Shown here piece by piece: positions 12,801 to 21,619 of a stretch of 64,000 nucleotides of DNA. Every line of letters begins with the position of its first letter. Position 1 is the stretch's first letter. The notes beneath the pieces are model-generated. The model did no database searches and was not told where the DNA came from. It worked only from the letters and a program-made list of their open reading frames with translations. The position numbers and the translations under genes were made by a program. Source of the stretch: Iphione sp. A-MEVVRFRX5 (taxonomy: Eukaryota); contig OZ320317.1 in assembly GCA_976226885.1 (NCBI GenBank), positions 7,502,001-7,566,000 of the forward strand, given 5' to 3'.

Positions 12801-14552
12801 TACAATATTCTTAAATCATACGTAGTCGCTATATCAAAATCTTTGTGAACTACTTATTTTTTGTTGTTAATGTTTTGTTATAACTCTATTCAGCAGTTTG
12901 ATATAAGTGCATACACACGCACACACGCACACATGCACAAATTTATTAAAGATGGGTCATAACTATGTAAAGCCGTGCTGGTTTTATGCAAATAATAAGC
13001 AAATTGATATTTTCTACACTGCCTCAGCCACCTGAGCTGCCAGTTTCACCTCTACTACTCTGGAGTGCATAACGCAGTAGAGTGAGTGCAACCAGTGAAC
13101 CACTGCTTGATCAGCTGGCTCGAGTTTGTGTATTTTCATCTGGCGGACTTACTGGCTTCGAAACCAAATGACTGTATTTCACATAACAGATCAAAAATGA
13201 ATTAAAGGAAAAAAACATATGACTCTTTTGCCATGCAAGTTCTGTAACACCGCTGACTGAGTATTACATGCTAATTAGCATCAGTTCTAGTTTTCTAGAT
13301 AATATTACACAGCACTTTTTCCCACTTTATCACCATTAAAAAAATCCAGTCCTGACATGTTATTTTAATTCTACTACATAAATATTTCAATGTAATTTAG
13401 ATAATAAATTGGTCAGTAAACTTATCAATTCATCGACTGCCTTTTATGACTGACAGCTGAAGTTAACCAACCACAGTGCATCTTGCCAAAAGTGTGGCAA
13501 TATGATTCATTGACAAACAAAGCTGTCTAGCATTGGAGTCAATGGGAAGGTTAGATTTCTGTGTTAATATTATGGATAGAATTATTTGCTTTTAAATGTA
13601 TAAAGGAAATATCCTAACAATCATCTATAACAAATTTTGTTATTTTGTTGGTCAAATAGTTAATAAGTTACAAGGGTTCGAAGGTGAGTCTTTAAGCATT
13701 GGAAAGGCCTAAGGAGGCTGCAGGATGTCTACGCTGGACGCATGTGCAGAGATGCTTCTGTATGGGTAGAGCAATCAGTTAAAAAACTTTTGGTGAAAAC
13801 AGCCCCCCCCCCACCTCTTAGGAGATACACAAAAGAAGTATATATCACCCGAAAGTCTTCTTTGTGTTAGATGCACTGAATCTCCAAATGATATTCATGA
13901 GCTTATTTTGAAGACAGTATGAATGAGAAACATGTTTGTTGCTAATTTTCAGCAGTCTTTCCAGTGTAATATAATCTCTAGGCTAAACCAGTATGTGACC
14001 AAAACGTTGCAGGAGTGAAACCGACATAGAAAGCAATAAATGCTGCCCGTTTTGTCGCATCGTGATGTGTGTTGTTCAAAAGGATACTATCCATCCATTA
14101 AAAAACGTTCAACTAGCCTGGAAAGGGGAAAAAACAGAAGGAGCTACTGTCATGGCTAAATCATAGAATCCCGGTTATCTGACACGATAGACAAGCTGAT
14201 CCTTCTGTGTTGTCACTGCTGATTTGCATCTTTTCAAGACCAAATAGAGGGCATTTATCAGCAAAACCTACATAAAAGATTTTTAAATTACTCCGAAGTT
14301 ACATCTTTGTCATGATATGTACGAATACATGCATTTTGATTGGCATCAAAGGAAACAGGGTGACTGCATCATAGCAACGCAGTCATTTTCAGATAGTTAC
14401 ACTTCCGACAGAACCTGGAATGCTTGTTTTGTCCCAATAGGAGTGACTTACTTTGATTTTCCCACAGCACTATCTCCAAGACATATTACTTTCACCTTGG
14501 GTACGGCCTCGTCCGACTTTGATTCATACGACGGGAGTGCGGAGTCCGCCAT
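6867..14552 (-). CDS. RABL2: Rab-like protein 2 (RABL2), ciliary/IFT-associated small GTPase, 8 coding exons, 226 aa
   Basis: All exons have GT-AG boundaries: 14452-14552 (MADSALPSYESKSDEAVPKVKVICLGDSAVGKS), 14088-14117 (LVERFLMDG), 12694-12773 (QPQQLSTYALTLFKYKTTIDDQEVQV), 11358-11437 (DFWDTAGQERFSSMHPSYYYQAHACIL), 10802-10913 (VFDVTRKVTYKNLPMWYSELREYRPEIPCLCAANKID), 7730-7827 (DYSVTKKSFSFSKKNHMPFYFVSASDGTNVVK), 7463-7546 (CFRDAIRAALAYKNNPTDFTDEIMKELE), 6867-6962 (acidic tail and TGA). Phases join to 681 nt, and the peptides match human RABL2A/B motifs as I recall them. Confidence 0.95.
8507..9958. repeat. Intronic minisatellite, 31-33-bp unit (gcatgactcagcatagcaatacccccacaga), about 45 copies with higher-order blocks
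   Basis: Continuous array within RABL2 intron 5. Unit length varies in the C-run, so it is non-coding. Confidence 0.95.
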
Positions 14553-14642
14553 CTTGCCGCTAACAAATATGTCCGCTAGGGAACCCTGGGATACGTGCGC
14601 CAGATCGAGGCTGCTTCCGGTCAAAGTGGAGCACGCTTCGCT

Positions 14643-14654
14643 GTTCTCAGCAAC
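14643..14654. promoter_or_regulatory. Candidate RFX X-box (GTTCTC-AGCAAC) about 90 bp upstream of the RABL2 ATG
   Basis: Half-sites GTTCTC and AGCAAC with zero spacer. Ciliary genes are typically RFX targets. Confidence 0.4.
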
Positions 14655-15576
14655 GGAAAGCGAGGAAAAAACAGGAAAAGGTGTTCAATATCTTATCTTG
14701 TCGGTAGTTCTAATCGGTAAAACTGTTAGTTGATAAGTCAAGGAATGTTTTAACGGCATGCTGTAGAGACAAGCCTTCTATATACCGTCGTTTTCTTCTT
14801 GGTGAAGTACACGGAAGCGCTGAGTCTGTCTACAACGCGCGGGAAACTGACTCGGATATTCATGCAGACTTGTTTCTAAATGCTTGAGAATATGCACACT
14901 CTGGGGGGATGGTTAGAAGTCAGGCAGGGAGTTAATGCTTTCAATGGTGGACACACTCTTGCATTGTGTATTCAGGAGGTCGATTTTACTTTGGGTTTGT
15001 TGTGAAAGGCTTACTCGTCGTGGTATACTAGTGTTGGTCAATTTTTGCTGCTACAAATGGCGCCAAACTTCTCTGGGCAGTTTTGAGGCCTTCTGTGCTG
15101 GGTATGGCCGCCATATATCGGTCGTAAGCCTGGTTTTGGTTCTGTTCTCACCTGGTACTTTGGTACAGTTTGGTACTTAGACCTCAGCCTGTCCTTTAGT
15201 TCTAGTTGATAAGTAACAGGGAGCATGGCTCATCTACGTCAGTTGAGTTTGCAACTTGATAAGTCAAGCTGTACCCAGCAGCTAGCCCCTGAAGGTGGTC
15301 AGGCTGCTGCTCGGTGATGGATAAGCTACACAAGATATTCCAAACAATATTTGTGATGAATCTCCCCTTTTCCTAATTGCCCTAATCTGAGTCTCAGTAC
15401 CGTATTTCTTTCTTTGGTTTGTGTTAATTCGTTGGTTTTTTTTACACTTTGAACCATATACGAATTACCCATTTTCATGGCTTCTCAGCACAATTTGTTC
15501 CTTACCCTAATTACATTTAGTATCACCTCATTCATCCACACAAGTTCTATTGGAAGCTCCATTGCATACATACATA

Positions 15577-15756
15577 CAGTAGAAACTCTTATTTGCACCC
15601 ACTCCTATTTATGATCATTCTTGCGAATATGACCACATGAGGTGGGACCCAAAGTCTTGATACTTTATATTATCAATAACTGATTTGTGACCATTCTCGC
15701 TATTTTGACCACTTTTGGTGGGAACCAACGCATGGTCTCAAATAGAGGTTCCACTG
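15577..15756. mobile_element. Tc1/mariner-pogo-type MITE (180 bp)
   Basis: TA|cagtagaaactcttatttg ... caaatagaggttccactg|TA: imperfect TIRs flanked by a TA duplication. Confidence 0.6.
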
Positions 15757-16362
15757 TATAAAGCCAGTACCAATGCAGTTATATTCATTTGCAATTATAA
15801 CAATTCAAAAATTGTCTCCTGCCCATCCTAGATATGACTGGCTTGGAGCCTGACACAAAGCACATGGAGCGTCGGTATGGTGACGCCTGTAAAACCACAG
15901 TTGTATCCATGTGCAACTGGCGATGTGGCATGATGATAATGCAACAGTGCAACACTGGCAAAGGTCTCATCCTCTGACAAGTTGGATCAGCATATTTTAA
16001 AGAAGAAACACCGTTCAGTGTGTGTACAAACATACAACATACTGCAGTGCTCTTTTGACAGGTCAGACAGAAGTTATGCTGGCTGCCCAGAGCTGGCTGT
16101 CAGTACTTAAAAATACTTGGCCTACCCTGAGCCAGACTCCAAGCGACCCAAGGAGGAAACAAGCCGCTGGGGCGGAATGGGGAAGTACATAAGTATTGGA
16201 CGTTTGAGTCCAAGACGTTACCAACTATAATGGATGAGCTTTGCTCCTATGGTCTACAAACCCAGGGCATCTATTACACGTACAGTTTTACTGTGTGCCA
16301 AACAAGAGTATATATAGCCTGATTGACTTTGTCTTACGCCGCACAACAACTACATTGCGACA

Positions 16363-17841
16363 ATGGGACAAACCTGGACTAACTTCGTCGTCGGGGACCT
16401 TGAGGACCAAGCTCATTCTTGGGATGAGATATGCGACTGTTACACAAGACTGCTGGCGACCGATGCCGCCTACTCGGCCATCATGCGTAAGGGCATTGTG
16501 GCCTTCCTGCGGCTGCGCATGGAGGAGACGGACAAACCGCAAGAAGTACGCCAAGCATTTCATGACCCCAGCTGGGTACAGTGGGTACGACTCTCTGGCA
16601 GTATAGCCGACGGTGGTGGTACATGCCGGTGGTTCCGTCACCGCCAGCCGGACTTTGAGATAGACATGCTCTATCAAGTAGGTATAATCAGCAGCGCCCA
16701 GCAGGATGCCATTGTGGTCTTCATGCCAGAGAAACCTGGCTATGTCCAGGTGAGGAAGCGCCCCGAGACCTACCTCTCGCTGCACCCGCTCTTACGCAGG
16801 GACCGTCCTGAGCTGAGCGAAGAATTCAACACTGAGGGCCCCAGGGAACAGTTTGTCAATACTCTAGACATGCAGAAACGTGTGGCCGAAGTATTTCCGC
16901 ATCGAGATGGGGATGGTGAGATCGACAGACTGAGTGCCGCGCTGATTGAGGTGAACGAGTCAGAGCTGCAGGTCTTCGCGAGTGAACTCATCAAAGGTCC
17001 CTCGTGCATGACAGAACTTGTGGTGTCTCTCAAGAATGACCCCAAGATTCTGTTCTCCTGTGATAGCGTGTTGGCCTTCAAGCTGGAGCGATGGCTTCCG
17101 CTGCTGGACCAGTGGCTCCATCGAGAGGGAAGACATTGGCCATCGGAAGTGATGATTACAAAGTGTTATGAAGAGCGCTGCCATATTGTGGCCAAGAAAT
17201 CTCCGACCGAAACAGTGATCAACACCGAGTGGCGGCTGTCTTTCTCCGCCATGGAGACCCTCCTCTTCAACTCTTTTAGCCAGGACCAGAAGGTATGCTA
17301 CTACTTCCTCAAGTCACTCTTCTACCGTCACCTGCGTGGTATTGAGGATGGGGAAGAGCAGCACCTCCAGTCTTATGCCATGAAGACGGAAATGTTCTGG
17401 ACCCTGGAACAGACGCCAGCTTCTGAGTGGGCAGAGGCTGACCTCTGCACCAACGCCCTTCGCGTGCTGACCAGATTGGACCAAGATTTGCACCGTGGCA
17501 CTATCCCTAACTATTTCCTCCCAACCATGAATCTTATCAACCCTGCAATTTATGATCGCTCGCTGATTAACCGCATTGCCGAGCATGTGCATCTCCTCTG
17601 TAATGACCTGGAAGCAGCTGTGCCGCAGGACCTGGAGAAGATGCTGCGACTTGGTGAGGCCATCATGTCTGTGCTGCGCTGTGTGCTCATCTACATTCAA
17701 GTGAAGATGGCCCAGGTCATTCAAAAGCGCCGAGAGGGTGCAGGTGCTCCACCACTGCCTCCCATGTTAGCTGCAATGCAGGCCTTCAACCTAGGACTGG
17801 ATGGACTATTCCAAAGTCTCCAGGGAGACCAACAGCAGTGA
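16363..17841 (+). CDS. Mab-21-domain cGAS-like receptor (cGLR) nucleotidyltransferase, 492 aa, intronless
   Basis: SGSIADG...DFEIDML (GS plus ExD), a third acidic residue in CDSVLAF, and Mab-21 motifs WP...CHIVAK, EWRLSFSAME, LQSYAMKTEMFW and IPNYFLPTMNLI. Confidence 0.92.
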   Translation: MGQTWTNFVVGDLEDQAHSWDEICDCYTRLLATDAAYSAIMRKGIVAFLRLRMEETDKPQEVRQAFHDPSWVQWVRLSGSIADGGGTCRWFRHRQPDFEIDMLYQVGIISSAQQDAIVVFMPEKPGYVQVRKRPETYLSLHPLLRRDRPELSEEFNTEGPREQFVNTLDMQKRVAEVFPHRDGDGEIDRLSAALIEVNESELQVFASELIKGPSCMTELVVSLKNDPKILFSCDSVLAFKLERWLPLLDQWLHREGRHWPSEVMITKCYEERCHIVAKKSPTETVINTEWRLSFSAMETLLFNSFSQDQKVCYYFLKSLFYRHLRGIEDGEEQHLQSYAMKTEMFWTLEQTPASEWAEADLCTNALRVLTRLDQDLHRGTIPNYFLPTMNLINPAIYDRSLINRIAEHVHLLCNDLEAAVPQDLEKMLRLGEAIMSVLRCVLIYIQVKMAQVIQKRREGAGAPPLPPMLAAMQAFNLGLDGLFQSLQGDQQQ

Positions 17842-18049
17842 TTTCTCAATATCACATAATGTCGATTGTTGACGAGAATTCAATGGCTGATCCAATAGGA
17901 GGGTATACAGCTGAGGGCTACTTGCTACCCTTGACCTTATAAGATGACATTGGCTGCATAGGAGTAGTTTCTATGCCTGTGTATACCGTGTAGTTTTCAG
18001 ATTATGAAAGTTCCTATAATTCACCTTGTATGGTAGACAAAGGAGAACT

Positions 18050-18760
18050 TCCCTTCTGTTTGTGACCTTTTTTAATTTGAGCTTGCGTGCCATTGGGTCA
18101 TTGTGTTCCAAGTCCAACATTGCTGGAGTGTTCATGAAGAAAGACAAGGAAGTTATAACAGAGGACACATGCACTAAGGGGCCATTTTGAAGCTGAGTGT
18201 GCTTCATGCCTCCTCCAACATGATGAATATATCGGCACCCGAGATGCTCTTGAAGCTAAGTGACCTGCCCAGTATTGGCAGCATCACTCTCCATGTTGCG
18301 TCTCCATCTGGGTGATGTCGGCCAGTGACTTGACTTACAGTACAACATGCTGCCATGTATGAAGAAATCATTGATGGCAAGGTTGTGCCTTGTGTCCTGA
18401 TGTTTAGGACTGTCAGGGTGGTCTACCCCATCCTCATGGGTGCGGGCAGTGCCTGCAAGACGTAAGATATCATTGTTTTTACATAAATTCCACAACCTCA
18501 CGTGGCCGGTTCTGGAGATAGCATGGTATTCTCCTGGTGTATGCCTTGTGGAGTGTAGATGCCCTGGTGTTCTTCTGGACATAGTGCCAGCATCGACTTG
18601 GTACAAACTCGGTTACCTGGGGGGACAACATGCTGCTGACTGTGCCTATGCTGGAAACCTTCCAGTGGAAATAGTTATGCATTGCCTCCACCCCATTAGC
18701 CATTGTTATCTGGACATGGAAGCCAGGCTCCAGGAATGCTGAGCTCCATAATGCAAACAA
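18050..18760 (-). pseudogene. Degenerate MULE/CaRF-like transposase with a trace of a SWIM finger
   Basis: NGVEAMHNYFHWK...VTEFVP...YTRRIPCYLQNRPREVVEF resembles the C-terminal half of CaRF-like MULE transposases. Many stops and frameshifts. Confidence 0.45.
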
Positions 18761-18767
18761 TTACATA

Positions 18768-19467
18768 ATGTTAAACAAAGGTAACCATGGTTTCGAGAAA
18801 CAAGTGATTTCATACAGCAAATGGTCTGATGCTGATCTGTGTGACATGCACAACAAACTAATAAGAGGGGAAGGTATCCTAGATACAGTTGGGGATCATA
18901 AGGCCAAGTGGGAGTCCTTCGAAAATTCCATTCGTAACTATCTGGAAGAAACCTGTATGCAGAAAACTGTTGTGGTAAAGAAAGAGATGGATTTGTTCCA
19001 AGTCAGCACTCTGAAAGAGATGATCATGGATAGAAAATATTCCTTTCGTAAATGGAAAAACACTGGCGCTATTGACAGTAGAAGAATTTTCAAGTTCTTA
19101 AAAAGGTTAGGATTGTCCTGATGTTTGAACGTCACTCCTATTGGTGCAGTTGCTTTTCTGAGGTAGAGGGGGGAAACAAAAGCAAGTTGGGGTCTACTGA
19201 ACAAAGCCCGAGGTAGTAAATCTGTAAGCAACAAACTCCCAACTAACCCCCCCGCTGGTACTTGTAGCCTGGCCTCTGCTTTTAATAAGTATTTCCTGGA
19301 AGAAGTCTCAAGGTTACTAAGTGATCTGGATCAACTGGGTATAGGCCCGATGAGCAGGAATCTCATCCATAGCTATGTAACTGACCGAATTCAAAGTGTT
19401 GTCTGCAAAGGGGTGGGGTCTTCTTATCTAAGTATGGAGTCCCTCAAGGTTCCATCATGGGACCTAG
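18768..19467 (+). mobile_element. CR1/L2/Jockey-like LINE, 5' part of the RT gene (interrupted by the Gypsy element)
   Basis: Post-endonuclease linker (KWESFENSIRNYLEETC...DRKYSFRKWK), then LIHSYVTDRIQSV and GVPQGSIMGP directly before the LTR. Confidence 0.8.
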
Positions 19468-20355
19468 TGTGGGGACGCCCTTCTTCCTATCGGTCGGCCT
19501 CACAGTGGTGGGGCGCATCGCAGTCACCGTGGGTCCTCTGTGGGGTGCTAGGCCACACCGGCGGTTGAATGCTGAAGGTCCCACCTTCTCTACTTACACT
19601 TACATAATAATGGGGGTTTCCCCAATAACTTCACACAACAAGTTAGTGCATTTCAGGCGAGCCTCAGTCCTTGGTCTTTCTGTCTCGTCTCTGGTTCAGC
19701 AGCCACTCGCGTCGGTACGTCTGGGAGACCCTCTCTCCGAAGTGTCTGTCCAGTGTCAGTCTGCTCTCTTTTTATTGCGATTTTGCTCATTACATAAAGA
19801 TCACACCACTACTTATTATTCATCATGCCATATTGTCATTGGTTCACAAACATCGGATGACCATGAGTTGATACACCAAGCTCCGCCCTCATACCACATT
19901 GCTGTCGTTTCACAATCATCGGATGACCATGGGCTGACACATCACATTTTGTACCAGGATACAATTTCGTGTCATGCTGAACTAATCGGTACTCCCCTCG
20001 TTATGTTATCAATACTGGGCCTAAACTTTCGATGAACCCCCTCTTTATGCTGGTCAAACCCTCGTATCCTGTTTCTGATATGTAGCTCTGCCCCTCCAAC
20101 GATTGTTCACTGATTACCCTTGATTATGACGGATTGGTCTATAATTATCTAAGCCGCTGGTCGAACCCTCGTATCCTGTTTCTGATGTGTAGCTCTGCTC
20201 CTCCAATGATTGTTCATTGATTATGATTGCCCTTGATTATGACGGATCAGTCTATAATTATCTAAGCCTGCCTATGTGGGTATGATCGGCTACCTTAAAC
20301 TCTATACATACATTTCTTACCATAAAACTCAATATTCTAGTCCCCATACTTTACA
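19468..20355 (-). repeat. 3' LTR (888 bp)
   Basis: Differs from the other LTR by about 6 substitutions and 2 small indels (by-eye alignment). Internal ~110-bp direct repeat in U3; AATAAA on the minus strand near 19780. Confidence 0.97.
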
Positions 20356-20366
20356 TACCCCCCCCA
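20356..20366 (-). other. Polypurine tract (GGGGGGGGGTA) abutting the 3' LTR
   Basis: The plus strand reads aca|tacccccccccc immediately inside the LTR. Confidence 0.85.
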
Positions 20367-20403
20367 CTTAAGATTTTGGAATCGGTATTCCAATATCTAC
20401 AAC

Positions 20404-21261
20404 CTATTCTCGAGGTGGCGGCGGAATTGTTGCCCCCTGGGGTATGCCCTCGGCTCCGCGGCGTTCAGACCGTATAGCTTCTCTTCTGGGCGTTTCTCGG
20501 GTTAGCACGTGGTGGACGCTTAGGCTGACACGAGGAGTCATAGTGCCATCATCCTCAAACATGGCGTCGCATTTAGGACATCCATCCCAAGCATCTACCA
20601 CGCTCCAGAAACATCGCCCATGTATTATCGCACCACAGCATGGCATGCGGCTTGCCTGCCCAACATGCCACCCGGAGTTTTGCACATACACTATTTCTTT
20701 TCTACAGATACAGCACACTGTGGTCTCATGCCTGTTTTTGTAGAGCCTACTTCGTTCAACACTCCGCAGTACCGATCGAATCTTACTTTTCGAGAATGCC
20801 CTATGGGCTTGATGATTTTTGATCTTTTGGATAAGGTTCTCCACCGAGTACCTTGCGTGTGCTGCTAGTAGACTAAGGGTAAGGGAGCCGCGAGGACTCT
20901 CCGTACCATATAGCTCGAGGACTTCTCCCAGGAAGTCATGGGCCTGCGTTGGTTGGTGGGTTATGCCATACTCCAATAAGTGTTCGAACAATTTATCGCA
21001 TGCAAAATAGTTAAGGAACTCTACGTACTTGCTAGCTTGGGAGTCCCACATGCGAGCCCATATTCTCGCCGTCACCTCTTGATCGCTAGTATCTGATCCC
21101 AATATCTCTAGGGCCTTGGTGTACTCTCCTTCATCTAATATTGGGGGTAACTCACAGATACTCGTTTCCTCGATGTTATCATAATGCAGCAAGGCTTCGA
21201 AGTACTTACTTCGTTGCGCTAACTGCTGGACATCAGTCTTACCCAATTTTACTTCCCCCAT
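20404..21261 (-). CDS. Accessory ORF4 of the Gypsy element: putative BTB/POZ-like N-terminus plus RING-type zinc finger, 285 aa
   Basis: Intact ORF with a strong Kozak context (atcATGG). BTB-like LAQRSKYFEALL...ELPPILDEGEYTKALEIL...FLNYFACDKLFEHLLEY. Zinc-ligand string CCIC-x22-CCGAIIHGRC-x10-CPKC. Confidence 0.75.
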   Translation of the reverse strand: MGEVKLGKTDVQQLAQRSKYFEALLHYDNIEETSICELPPILDEGEYTKALEILGSDTSDQEVTARIWARMWDSQASKYVEFLNYFACDKLFEHLLEYGITHQPTQAHDFLGEVLELYGTESPRGSLTLSLLAAHARYSVENLIQKIKNHQAHRAFSKSKIRSVLRSVERSRLYKNRHETTVCCICRKEIVYVQNSGWHVGQASRMPCCGAIIHGRCFWSVVDAWDGCPKCDAMFEDDGTMTPRVSLSVHHVLTRETPRREAIRSERRGAEGIPQGATIPPPPRE

Positions 21262-21619
21262 GATATATGATACTTAACTAAATTGGTTACACACAGGTTA
21301 AACTAAAAAAAAAAGAATGAGTAAATACCGTTATGGATACACTTGCTGCAGTGTGCTAACAACAATAGGAGGACAACCACTAGTTGTATATAACACGTCA
21401 CAGACTTAACCCAAAACAATCAATAGACAGTGAGATCAACAACCCTCAACTCGTAGTGGTAATACACTAGGCTTGTGCGGTTTTGAATTGAATAGGCGCT
21501 ATCCTATTCTTCACGGGGATGAACCTGTAACCTCCCAATAGTGCATCCAGACACAATGTACTACAGGTAACTGAATAGGCGCTATCCTATTCTTCGCGGG
21601 GATGTAAAACTAGTTACAC

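Noticed and set aside
14317-14733. 138-aa plus-strand ORF
   Set aside because: It is an antisense shadow of RABL2 exon 1 and its promoter.
16241-17724. Overlapping and antisense ORFs across the cGLR
   Set aside because: They are shadow frames of a GC-richer real CDS.
19457-20035. 192-aa plus-strand ORF, and related ORFs at 27807-28556
   Set aside because: These lie antisense within the LTRs, are broken differently in the two copies, and have no motifs.
19468-20355. Hammerhead ribozyme in the LTR (retrozyme-like)
   Set aside because: I found no CTGANGA...GAAA core on either strand by eye.
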